In this document: positions 11,906 to 24,627 of the stretch, in pieces
How the letters are laid out: every line of letters starts with the position of its first letter
Numbering within the stretch: position 1 is the first letter of the stretch
Source: Epiperipatus broadwayi
Taxonomy: Eukaryota > Animalia > Onychophora
Direction of reading: 5' to 3'
DNA: 64,000 bases
Assembly (NCBI GenBank): GCA_028023455.1
Contig: JAQFVV010000001.1
Coordinates: 3,720,001 to 3,784,000, forward strand
Translations under genes and position numbers: made by a program
Notes under the pieces: generated by a model
The model's database searches: none
What the model was told of the DNA's origin: nothing
The model's input: the letters and a program-made list of their open reading frames with translations, nothing else

Positions 11906-14900
11906 AATGGTAAATATTACATGACAGTATATTTATTCAATATTACAATATTATTTACCAGTATATATATATATATAAAACAAAGCTAAATTAGATTCTA
12001 TAATATCATCAGTATATTTAGAATATGTAAAGATATTTGATAATGTTTTTAAATCCTAAAAAGTACACAGATGCTCTGCATGTAAAGTAATGACAAGAAA
12101 TATAAAAATTAAATAAATATTGTTAATTAATAATGTAAACTTAATAATTTTTAGAATATCTAAATGATCAGTTGGGTGCATTTTGGAACATGCACAAATA
12201 AATGTATAATTTTGTATTTTTGTTTTTATTTTGAATATAATGGTTGTCTTTGACAATAGTGCTCAGTACTGAAAATGCTTTAAACTTATATTTAATATTT
12301 TTAATATTTTCCCCATAGAAATATAAGATGACATAGGATTATCCAGCACTAGTGATAAATCTCTAAGCACTGACTCTAATGCTACAATGTGTCCTAGTAC
12401 CAACGTCATTTATGTTACAGACAAAAATTAATCCATTTTTTCTAGTGTCAAAAATCTTTTATAGATGGTCGACTAAAACAATAATATGTATTAGATTTAT
12501 CACCCTACATGTTACATATTTTTTAATGTACAAATAAATAATGAGAAAACATTAAACAATAGATCAGTTGATGTTGTTATAAAAAATATAGAAAATACTT
12601 TCATTCCAGAATTCAGTTCTTCATTTGAACAATTTCATTAACTTTAACTAATTATTAGCTACGGTCTAATAGAGTAGAGAATACCACATTAATTCAGGAT
12701 TTTTAATTCCTCGACTTTTTTAGATTTGCCATTTTTTTAGTTTCAATATTACACCTTTAAGTTCTCATTTTATTGACAAAAAATTAAATAAATATTTAAT
12801 TTACTATCTAGAATTTTGTTTATATACATACATAAATATTTTCTGAATATTGTCTACATTTATTTCATTAATAATATTATAAATGTTTTAAAATATATGC
12901 TCATTTTGTATCATATTCATCAAAATAATAATTTTACTGTGCTGACTAATTCCCTTTCCTCATTTTTTGTCTATATTTAAAATACAGGTCAGGTCAGCTT
13001 TTGACAGAATCACTTAGTTGGTTGGAAAGTCACCTTAATTTCAATATTCACAAATCTGAAAGTCTATGTTCAATCCCATTCTAGTACCATCACTAGTCAG
13101 GTCAGCAATATGTAAATAGGGGGGACAAATATTAAAATTGTGTTATATACTAATCTGTAAACTATTATTAACAATTAAATGTATTTGAAAATTTTAAATA
13201 GTCCAACATATAATTAATATTAAAATATTATCATCACAAACTTTCAAACAAATACTAACTAAAATCAGCAAGACATAAAATTTTAAAAATCTTTAATTAG
13301 ACAGGCTATTAATAATTTTTTTTCTTTCCATAAATAATTCTAAATAAACTTTTTTAAAGATCAAGATTTTAATAAGACTTCGTTTTTCTTTAAGTATTTT
13401 TTTTTCTCTATGATAAAATTTGTGTTTTGTATGAATATTTTTTGTACAAAGACATTTTTATTTTTTTCCTTGTTTTTTTTAAATTTCAGTCAAAAGAATG
13501 AATATGGGTTTATTTTTAACTGTAAATAAAAGGCATAAATTCATTGTGTTGGTATATACTCTGCTCAGAGGTCTTGAATTAACAGAAATTTTATGAAGTC
13601 TCCAGACTTAGAGTTTTCTATCAGCCATGAGTATACAATTTTTTTATATATAAAATTATATAAATAATTTATAATGCTGCATAATAATGATCTGTTTTGT
13701 GTGTGGTGTATGCAAGCAATTTCTTTATTTTTTGAAATCTACAGTTACTTTCTACTTTTTAATATAAATATTATAATTTTTTTTACAAGTAATGTTTATT
13801 TTAAAAAAATCAAATTTATTTTGTCATAAACTATTTTCTCATACTTGTCTCTTTTGTATATATCTGTATCTTATATCACTATAGTCTAAACATAAGCAAA
13901 TATATTTCTACATTTTTTGTGTTCTATGGTTATCTTTTTTTTTATACAATTATTATTTTTTTCTGTATAAGTTATGCTTTAAATCATATTTATTTCATTA
14001 TAACAAACGATCCTAATCTTCCTATAATAAGGCTATCTAGCTAAGTAAGTTAAAGGCATTTCCACAAGATAAAAGATAGGATAACAAACAGCATCAGCAT
14101 TGTGATTATTTTCATTAATATTTTATATTGCACTAACTTAAAAAGAAATCTTCCTGCTTAATTATCATTGTGCATTGAAATGAGATATATATTCTTTAAA
14201 ATGCTCATAGATTTTCATCCCACCACATTTTCTCTTTGCTCTTTTATATTATATATTGTGCTAACTGAAATTTTGTGTAAAGTTGGTATGTGATGGAATG
14301 TCAAATATAATTTTTTTTTCCTTAGATGATTTTTAATAGAAAGTATATTAGCCATGAATAGTAAAGGAGGTTACTATGACACTGAAATATTAAAGCCAGA
14401 AATGGATTATTATTATTGCAGCATAAAATTGTGAATTAATTTTATTTATTTGAAATGCATATGTAAATAATAAAGTTTATGGTTTTTAATAAAATTATTT
14501 TACATATGTATTTGTTAGTTATTGCATTCATAAAAATAAATTAGAAATAATAAACATAAATATTTAATATATGTCTTAAATGTGTTTGTTGACGTTATAT
14601 GTAATGCTTATGAAATTTTTTTCATTATTTTCTTTCATTTTATTATTGTTGTAAAAGTAATTTTAATAATGGACTACAGTGTGACTTTGACAATAGAGTT
14701 ATAAAAGAGTGTTTATCTAGGATTTAATGATGTCAGTTATACAAGATTATAAAAGGGACTAAATGATTTAAACACTCTCTCTCTCTCTGATGTTTTGACT
14801 TTCATATCTGCAGACCTAAAATCTTTCTTATAATTTTTTAAATTTACTTATTAACCATAAAAAATAATGGGATAAGAAGAATTATATTTGTCCAGTATAT

Positions 14901-17389
14901 TTGTCTAGTAAAACTGGACAGGCTTACCAAAATTTATTAAAGGAATGAGAAAATAAATTTATAGTATTCAAAGTCATCTTAATATTTCTTTACTAAAAAT
15001 GTATTTCAGGTAAACAAAATGTTTTAATAATGGAATATAAAAGTTAACAACATAATATTGCATACAAGAATTGTTTTCATCTGCAGATATAATTTTATAA
15101 TGTCGATGAAATGTTTGAACTCAGTATTTAAATCAGTTTATCTATGACAGCATACTGTCAGAGATGGAGATTGGCAACTGTTTATTCACGATGTTATTAT
15201 AATATTAAATGCCTTCACAATGAAGGATAAAATTTAATACTTGAAAAATACTGGAATTAACAAAATACATCAATGTTTTGGATAACAGCTTATGATATTT
15301 TTACTTGGATTAGACTAATAAGCATCATTACATTATAACTTTCAGAAGAGAAATTGAAAATATTGTGTTTCTTTAGAATACTATACAGGAGGATGGTGAT
15401 TGGAATTAGGCTGTGTGTTAATATATATATTATTGGTGTATTTCGTATACAATGCTCTAAATATAATTGATTGATATATCTTAAATTATACAATTGTTAA
15501 TTTTATATGTGTGAAATAAAAGGAAGTTAAAAAAATTAATTTAGATTTATATTTGTAGATTAAATTTTAACAAGTAAAAACTGATTTAAAATATTATTCT
15601 CTTATTCATTAACTGCAAAGTATTTTTGAATATGCAATTGATAAGTATCGAAAATCTAAAAGAACCATATTGTAGCAATTATTTATTGGTATTTTATTTG
15701 ACAAGTAAAGTGAATGACTCATGATTATTATACTATATTTCAATTAATTATTTTATGAAGATGAGAGAAAAGAGTCATTAACTTTTTTGTATTGCAAAGA
15801 ATGTATATGTGAAACAACATTTTCCATCTCACATAAATATATATTATATATTAAACAGTATATAGGTGAATTTTGATGTATAAACCCCTATTTTATTAAT
15901 ATATATTAAATTCAGTGGAGATTATGCTCCATAATATTTGATTATGGTATAAGTTTTGAACGTTTATTGTCTATTGTCATTTTTTTATATATATTTATTT
16001 ATTTTTAATAAATTTTAAATTCATTTAAAACAAATAAACTTGCTTTAGTTGTCATTCACTTTATAACCCAAACCTATTGGCTAATAATATTTGACAGATA
16101 ATAGTTATGTATTGACTTACACGATAAAGATTACATCAAATATTCATAAGACAGTCCAAGGATTAAGCAATTAGATTAGTTAAGTGAATGTACAATTACA
16201 TATTACTTTCTTTATGGTAAATCTAATATACTATCGTTTAAATCAGGTATACACTTTTACATAGTAATAAATTAATTAATTTGGTATTGCTAGATATCTA
16301 ATAAGTAATTAGAAGATTTATTATAATTATTTTGTTAATTATATGCAATAGTTATTTTGGATAAAAATTTATATTTGAGATAGTTCAATATATTATAAAG
16401 CATAAATATAATAATTATTTAAAATAAATAAAGGCAATTATAAATGGATGCCTGCATATTCTTGTAAACTATCATTTGTTGAGTTAATGTTATAGCAATT
16501 TAGTATTTAGTTATAAAGATAATAATCTTGTTATATTATAAAATTGGGAATAGCATATATTGAAATTGATATTTGAATTCTATTAAATGGAATGATTTAC
16601 TTTGATTAAATGTAAAAGCTCATTGGTATAGATAGTACATTTAATTTATATACTAAGGTTCGATATTGGCATTTGATTATAATAGATTATTACTAATATT
16701 AGACATCTTAACGTAATTATGATTTAAAGTTTAGCAACTTAACTTTATTGGTTTGAAGAATAATCCTTTGTGATTTGTTAATAGTATTTGCATAAGTGTC
16801 AAATAAGAATCTTTCATTTAATTGAAGTCATCCTGATTGGATATTGTAAACTTTAAGGTTATTTAGAGGTTTGACTTTATTTTATATTATTATAAATTGG
16901 CAAAAGTGATGAGATATGTTGATTAATTAATCTAATGTATTGTGTTTATTGTAGCTTAGTAATGAGACATTTTATTTTTTATTACAATTTGAGGTTATGA
17001 ATTTATAAAGTTTCAAAAGAAGTTTTATATATTTTATTAAGAATAGATTAATATACATAAATCTGTGGCAAGATCTTTTATCATTCTTAAGTATTTCATT
17101 TTATTACAATTTATTTATTTAATAAGGACATATTTCTATTTTTGGAGATATTATTACTTCATTATTATTGTCTTTATTTTCATTTGTATCAGCATTATTT
17201 TCATTTTATTCAATTTCCATTAGCAATCAACTATTGGATTATACTTTATTTAGTTACGATTTATGATTTTAAGTTTGCAGATTATACTCAAGTTTTTATG
17301 TCTCATTTTTATTACTTTCATTGCATCATAAATAGCTTCTAAATTTGTAGGGCATATTAAGGTTATTATTATTTTATCTATTCATGAAT

Positions 17390-17780
17390 TATTTTATTCA
17401 GTTACAAATAGCATTTAACATTTAGGATGGGATTATAATGTAATAAACAGTGTCTCAATTCATGAGAAATATTAAAATTTATTGTCCTTATCCTTTGTTA
17501 TCATTTTTATTCTGTTACAAATAGTTTATCCAATATAGACATGTTATCTATAAGACAATATTATTCCGTTATTGTTGTTTTTATTTCCAATTCGTTACAA
17601 ATGATAATTAACAATTAGACTACAGTCTTATTCTGTTACAAATAAGACCCATATTCCTCAGACAATTTGAAATATTCCCTTCACTTATTTTCATTCAGTC
17701 ATAAAAGTCACCACAATTCATGGGGCATTATTAAACTAGGGCCATTCTTTTATGATTCATTTTCATTCAGTTACAATATA
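17390..17780 (+). repeat. array of about 6 copies of a 15-17 bp motif, TT(A/C)ATTC(A/T)GTTACAAATA, with irregular spacing
   Basis: Copies near 17395, 17507, 17588, 17628, 17690 and 17761; spacing about 40-115 bp. Confidence 0.5.
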
Positions 17781-18184
17781 TATATACTTACACACACACA
17801 CACACATATATATATATATTTGATGAATTGCAAATTATTACAGATTTTTTTGCATAATAGTTGATTTACAATAATTGTTATTAATTTTATTTATTAAGAA
17901 TAAATATATTCTAGAGAGGCCTATAAACATTGAAAACTGACAAGACTGCTGGTAGAAAGGAAACATGCCAGAATAGCTAAGAAATGATTTTAGAGTAAAG
18001 AATTATCTCAGGTAAGTCATATTATATATCATTCTTTTAAAAAATTGAAGAGGAATATAGTGAAGCTGTCCAAAAAGTGTAAAAATAAGCATTTTTTAAA
18101 AATGTTAAAATTCTTTTTTTTTCTAATTTCTCAGATTTATCACATTCCTTAATATTTGCTCTTTCTAAAAACATAAATATTACA

Positions 18185-18560
18185 TGTAAATTCAGGAATT
18201 TAAACTCATAATTTTTCAGACTGTTCATCCTCCATTATCTCTCAAACAACTGATACACATGATCTCACACCTGAAAAAAAGAAACATGATCCCCAGGGTA
18301 CATTACACCAGCTAAACCAGCAATCATTAGTTGGGCCAGGTTGTAATCTTTCACACATGCATATAATCAATGCTCAAGTTTATAATAAAATAGCCTCAAA
18401 CTTTAATGGGCAGACTTCAATTTTCTCACCCATCCAACTATTTAACCATCTATTTCATTGAAAAAACAATGATGGTATGTTCAAAGCCCTTATTGGATTT
18501 GATATTATGGTCATACTCATGTAGACATTATGTCAATCTAACTCTCATATTATCAGACAT
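18185..18560 (-). repeat. dispersed repeat family A (hammerhead-bearing), degenerate copy
   Basis: Reverse complement aligns with 18565-19165, 34795-35050 and 60755-61105 (shared ...GAGGCTATTTTAATATAAACT.GAGCA.TG.TTATAT..GTGTG.GAGATT.. block). Hammerhead core is decayed (CTAATGA). Confidence 0.7.
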
Positions 18561-18564
18561 TATG

Positions 18565-19165
18565 TATCCAACAAAAGCTTTGAATGTTCAATCATCAGTT
18601 TTTCAATAAAAATGGATCATTGAATAGTTAGAAGGTTGAGATGATGGTAGGTTCAAAGCCCTTGTTGGATTTGATATTATACTCATGTAGACATTACGTC
18701 AATCTAATTCCTCACATTATCACACATTACAATCCAACAAGGGCTTTGATAGTTCCATCATCAGTTTTTCAATAAAAATGGATCATTGATTAGTTAGAAG
18801 GTTGAGAAGATTGAAGTCTGTCCATTAAAATTTGAGGCTATTTTAATATAAACTCGAGCAGTGGTTATATATATGTGTGAGAGATTATGATCTGATCCAA
18901 CTGATGAGTGCTGGTTCGAAGGATGACAATATTGAAGTCTGTTGATTAAAGTTTGAGGCTATTTTAATATAAACTCAAGCAGTGATTATATATATATGTG
19001 TGTGGGAGATTATGATCTGGCCACAATTGATGAATGCTGCTTTTGCATAGTGTAAAGTATTTTTGGGAATCGTGTATCTTTTTTGCATGTGTGAGATCAT
19101 GTGTATCGTTTCTTGATATGCATTGGAGATAAATAGACTGAAAACTTCTGAGTTTAAATCATTTT
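18565..19165 (+). repeat. dispersed repeat family A copy with internal tandem duplications, inverted relative to the adjacent copy
   Basis: Duplicated sub-blocks at 18593-18640/18760-18805 and 18815-18915/18935-19035. Partial hammerhead CCAA CTGATGA GTGCTGGTTC at 18897-18917, truncated before GAAA. Confidence 0.7.
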
Positions 19166-19735
19166 ATTTAAGAAACATTCAGTTTAAGCAAATTACATCC
19201 TGCCTTAGAATTACAATATTATATAATATTAGTATTCTCAAATGGAAGATATTGTACAAATTATATCTGTCTTATTTTTTAAAAATATTCAATATAACAA
19301 CTGGGTTTTCAACAAATTAAAAAGTTATCTCATTCATAATTTCAATTTTAATCCCACTTATTCGATACGTTTTTTAAAAGATCAATTATAGCAATCAATT
19401 ATGAATTAAATAGATTGATGGATTAAAATTTAAAAAAAATAACATTCTTTTTGTTGTATTAACATATGATTAATTTTTCAAGTGTTTAATTTAGTTTAAA
19501 ATTTACATAAATATTAATGCATTTAATCCAATATAAAATTTAAAATGTTACTTAAAAAAATTATAATTCATGCCAAGATAATAAAGTCTATAAGTCTTAA
19601 AATATTAATGGTAACCATATTATTATCTGGATAACAGAAGTATCTGAATGATAATAATCCAGATTAATGATATTCTGCCTATAATTATGATTAATTCTTT
19701 ATATACATTAATGCAATTGAATATTTACTCTAGAG

Positions 19736-20970
19736 CAGTGGTCTTCAACCACTGGGTTACGGCCCGCATCGGGCCACAGAAGTTTTCTGCTGGGTCACGC
19801 TAGACTGGCAAGAAAGTTAGTAGTAACAAAATAATAAGATTTTAAACTTTTAATTAATTTTAATTTTAATTTTTTTAATTTTATTTATTTTTTCATCGCA
19901 TTTTTACCCTGTTAAAAAATAAAAAACAGAACAAAAATGAAATCTAATCATACATAAATTAATTTGTTTTTCTATTTATCACAGATGTTTATGGAGAGAT
20001 AGAATTAAATTTATTATTTTTCTAAAAAAATTCAAAATTTAAAAAAAAAGGTTTTTTATTATACAAACTCCAGTTGTCTTTTGATAGCCAATCACGATTA
20101 CTTGTCGGCATTGTTTATGATTTAAAACAAGATCAAAACTTTTTACTTTTTCAAGTTTCGTTTTCTTTTTTTTTTTTGTTTAAAAATACACCCACTTTTT
20201 TTTTGGCCTATAAGGCGATATTTTTTGGTTTTATTTGTATACTGCTAATATACTAAAACTTTTATTTTTAAAACCAATTTCTGCTAACCTTTTTTTTTAA
20301 AAAATAAAAACAAACAAAAAATAACTTTGCGATTTTTTTTTTTTTGGCTTTATTTTTATTACGCAATATCTATTTTACTATTTTAAAAAAAAAACTTTTC
20401 CTATTAATTACATTTTTTGATCCTTTCAACATACCAACACAAAAAAAAAAAATTACAATAACATCAAAACTTCAGACTTTTACATGTTTCGTTTTACTTT
20501 TTCAGATTTAAAATACGGCTAATTTTTTTTGACTGTACAGTGATTAATTATGCGATTTCTATTTTGCCCCTACTACTATCAAAAGACAACCTCCATATAT
20601 ATATATAACCATCTTGTATATTTAACATTAAATACAGATAATACATTTATCATAATCATTGCCATGTGATTACACTAGCTATATTTCCCAACATTCAAGT
20701 GAATAACATTTTATTCTTGAATGTTTTAACAATGAAATAATAAACATAGAAATGCAAGCACATTAATGAGAATGATTGTTATTGTACTGTTTTCTGTGTT
20801 CAAAATACACAATAACTAATGTGCTGTTTTGGTCAGTTATAACAATTATGCTTATCTAAAGCTAAGCAGGTTACATCTTTAAGAAAATTTATCTGTAAAC
20901 TTCTGCTGGTCCGCAAAATCTTATCCTTATTTTTGCCGGGCCGCAGGTGTGAAAAGGTTGAAGACCACTG
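19736..20970 (+). mobile_element. non-autonomous Buster derivative (MITE / internal-deletion copy of the 2624-6237 family)
   Basis: Same 15-bp TIRs (19736-19750, 20956-20970) and a perfect 8-bp TSD CTCTAGAG (19728-19735, 20971-20978, central TA). Both subterminal regions align to the ends of the 3.6-kb element in the opposite orientation. About 712 bp without the nested insert. Confidence 0.95.
20073..20590. mobile_element. unclassified 518-bp TIR element nested inside the Buster MITE
   Basis: Perfect 15-bp TIR GTTGTCTTTTGATAG (20073-20087) / CTATCAAAAGACAAC (20576-20590) and 5-bp direct repeat CTCCA (20068-20072, 20591-20595). The homologous position in the big Buster copy (about 3000-3020, reverse complement) has one CTCCA and no insert. 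Confidence 0.85.
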
Positions 20971-21131
20971 CTCTAGAGTCTAAAGATGTTTTTAAAGTAA
21001 GCTAGAATTTATATACAGTTTAAATATTTATAACCTTCAGTCCTAGCTTTATTAGTACAGATAAAAATAATCACTTCATTTTCAGCTTGCAATATATAAT
21101 CGCTACAAATATATATAATATGTAATTGATA

Positions 21132-21877
21132 TGTAATATCTCACCTTGCCTTTAAATAATGGACTAGTCCAAGTTTCTTATTGTGATCGGATTGAACATT
21201 TGTTGATGCTAACCAATATGTATATGCAAAGATAATGTATAATCAATGTCAATATTAGAACAATGGGCAATGGTTCTCTCTGAATCTGAATGTGTCCATT
21301 AAGGTTGGGGATCTGGAAATAAATACTGTCTTTTGAAGGTAAGATAGAGAATGACTTTCAAATCGGGAAGATGGTATGTCTTCTCCAGAGAACAATTGTT
21401 AATCCTGAATTCTGGTTCTCTCTATATGGCGAAAGGAAACTCCTGTTAACCTGAATGGCAGTGATTATTCTCCAGACTATAGCTATTTAAGTTAATGGTT
21501 AATGCAGTGAGGCAAGTCTATGTTTAGGACTGTAAGTTACCAGAACCAAGACTAACTCTAGGCAAGCTACAAAGACACAGTCAAAAGACTTGCCATACCT
21601 ATTCATGAGGCAGGCTGTCAAGTACAGTTGGAAATGGTCAGAAAATCTATGGGGATATATTCAATCCCTTCTTCAACAGTTAACATTAGAACTAGAAGGT
21701 ATATCCCATTAGACAGTAGCAAATGAAATATAGCCATCATTACTTAAATCTGTAAACATTGTAACTATATTAGAAATTGAGTGTATGTTTGTATCTACAT
21801 ATTACTAATAAATACATAATATAAAACCTATGTATACTCATTTGTGTTTACATGTATAATTGTGATTAAACACAACA
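21132..21877 (+). mobile_element. LTR (746 bp) of an old Gypsy-type element; possibly a solo LTR
   Basis: TGTAATATC...CACAACA termini, collinear with 23876-24627, flanked by GATA on both sides (21128-21131, 21878-21881). Confidence 0.85.
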
Positions 21878-22164
21878 GATACCCCCTCCCCCAACAGCTG
21901 GAAAAAAAAGTCAAACAAAATCTTACTCCTGTGGGTCATTATATTTTGTCATCATTCAGAAAAATTGACTGGAAATGTTAGAGTGGTTACTCTGCTACTA
22001 AGTGTAGCACTCCTCCCTTAAATTGATAGACTTTATCAGAAATTGACAGTTACAAAAATAATAGCTCATCAAATAAACATTAAAAGATAATCTCAAGTGG
22101 TGACTCACACAAATTTAAAGAATTTTTTTCTCTCTCATGATATAAAGAGAAGAAAAATAATAGA

Positions 22165-23390
22165 ATGGATAATACTGGTTCAATTGAAACATTTGATCTG
22201 GCCTACCCAGAGAGTTGGCCAAACTACAAAGATTGAATAATGTTTTATTTACAAGCTAATAAAATCAAAAGACCTGAGTTGAAATTAACCTTGCGTATGT
22301 TAATATTTGGACCTCAAACTTATGAGATCCTTAAATCATAAACAATGTCAGAAATACAGGCTGGCCTAGATTTTGTCAAGGCATTATCTCTACTAACCAA
22401 CTTTTTTTACTCCTAAACTCCTAGTAATCATGCAGATATATTATTTCAATCTTTGTGACCAAGGTGAAGGAGAAAAATCTAGGATTTTGCTATTAGAATT
22501 TGTTCATTGACATTAAAATATGATTTTAAAGACTTCCTTGATAAAACTCTTCGAGATCATTTTATCTGCAAAATAAACAATCATAATATTACAGTCAAGC
22601 TACTCATGGATTACTGATATAAACTTTGAATCAGCTTTGTCTCAAGAAACTAGAAGAATCAATAGCTAGTCAAGCAAAGGTATTGAAAAAATATATTGAG
22701 CAGAACACGGATTCATCAAGCAACCAACTTACAGCTCAAATAAATCAACAACAATGAGTAAAAAGCATTGTTACACATGTAATGAACTGACACACACATA
22801 GAATATCCACACTGCTATACTGTGTGTTCATATTGCAGCATGTCAGTCATACTTAAACTGCTTGTTTTAAAATGAAACAACAAGTAGCTATGAGTGGATG
22901 AATCCATTTCAAAAAGCAAGAAAGACAGTTTAAAGTAAAAAAAATTGCCTACATAAACAACATGATAAATAGTAACACTGTTTTCAAATGTAGAGTTATT
23001 ATTAATGATACATCAGTCACAATGAAAGTGAACACAGGGTCTGCATGTGTGCATAGTGTCAAACAAGACCTGGAATATCATTAATAAGAGCAATATATTT
23101 CAGCTGCATCCTAGCAGCAAATCAATGACTGGGTACCAGGACAATCGAATAATACTCTTGGGACAGACAAGAGTCAAAGTTTCAATGCCTAATAAGATTA
23201 TATATCTCCCACTTGTTGTAGCTTCAGGTGAATCTAGAAATTTATTAGGCCATGACTGTTTCAGACACTTAGGGTTTGCAACAACAAAAGTAAACCAGCT
23301 CATAATTAGAAATAAATTTAAAAGGGTTTACCCAGAAGAAATTAACAATCTAGATTTGAACCCTTATAAATGCACAAAACTATAAGTGCA
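22165..23390 (+). pseudogene. decayed Ty3/Gypsy gag-protease (K02A2.6/Mag-like); RT, RNase H and integrase absent
   Basis: MDNTGSIETFDLAYPESWPNYKD*IMFYLQANKI...GPQTYEILKS matches the typical gag N-terminus. Knuckle CYTCNELTH near 22775. Protease VIINDTSVTMKVNTGSACV (D-T-G mutated to N-T-G) then LLGHDCFRHLG. Confidence 0.8.
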
Positions 23391-23875
23391 AAAATGCATA
23401 TAGGTTCTTATGTCCTATGCTACATGTAGGGTACCACCAAATGGATTCCAGAAGTGGTGATTGGGCTTAAAGAGCTTTAAATATTAGTAATTAAAACTTC
23501 TGATAAACAAGGAACATCATCATCACAAGAACCAAATTAGGTTAAATGAATCTATAGTTTCACAGCTAGCTATCAGCAAAGTCTCATCAGATGAAAAAAA
23601 TGGCAAGCCAACATTGATGTAGCATCAACTAGCTGTATGAATCTACAGCTCCAAGACTATACATCAGCAAAATCTCATCAGATGAAACAATTGCAATCTA
23701 CCAGAGATAAATCATCATCCAGCTATAATGAATCTTCAGTATCAAGAACTCCAACAATGACAACAGTGAACGAATTGAAAACATCACCAAATCAGAAGCA
23801 ATAAAGTGAAAAAGACATCTTCAAACATCTACATAACTATGTTCTCTAAGGCTAATTTTAGCCAGGGGGAGAGAA

Positions 23876-24627
23876 TGTCATATCTCATCTTGCCTTCAAA
23901 TAATGGACTAATCCAGGTTCCTTTTTTACTGCAATCAGATTGAGCATCCATTGTCACTAACCAATGTGTATATATAAAGATAATGCACTGTCCATGGTAA
24001 GAACGGGCCAATAGGCAATAAATGCTCACTGAATCCTAATTTTTTCATTAAGATTGGGAATCTGGCAATAAATAGCCAGCCTTCTTAAGGTAAAGGTAGA
24101 GAATGACTTTCAAACCTGAAAGACAGTATGTGTTCTCCAGAGAATAACTGTTAAACCTAAATAACAGTAGCATGGTTCTTCCTATATGATCAAAGGAAAT
24201 TCCTGATAACCTGAACAACAATAATTATTTTCCAGATTATAGCTATTTAAGCTAATGGATAATGAAGTGAAGCAAGTTCATGTTTGGTACTTGAAAACGG
24301 CCAGAACCAAAGCTGACTTAAGGCAAGCTGTAAAGACAGCTGGAAGAGTTACCATACCTACTTAAAAGGCAGACTGTGAAGTATAACTGAAAGTGGGCAG
24401 AGAAATCTATAAGGCACATACAGTCTCTTCTTCAACAGTTCACATTTAGAACTAGTAATTATATCTCGCTAGACAGTAGCAGACATAGTATAGTCATCAT
24501 TACTTAAATATGTAAATATATCAGAAATCGAGGGTATGTTTGTATCTATATATTATTAATAAATATATTATTAAACCGTAGGTGTACTCGTTTGTGTTTA
24601 TATGTATAACTGTGACTAAATACAACA
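23876..24627 (+). mobile_element. 3' LTR (752 bp) preceded by a polypurine tract
   Basis: PPT AGGGGGAGAGAA (23864-23875) lies directly before TGTCATATC; ends TACAACA. By eye roughly three-quarters identical to 21132-21877. Confidence 0.85.

Noticed and set aside
16000-17350. Compositionally odd stretch considered as NUMT or Penelope RT remnant
   Set aside because: No mitochondrial gene or RT/GIY-YIG motif could be read with confidence; needs TBLASTX/HMM search.
17390-17780. CRISPR-like repeat/spacer array
   Set aside because: Eukaryotic context, short degenerate repeats, very unequal spacers and no cas genes.
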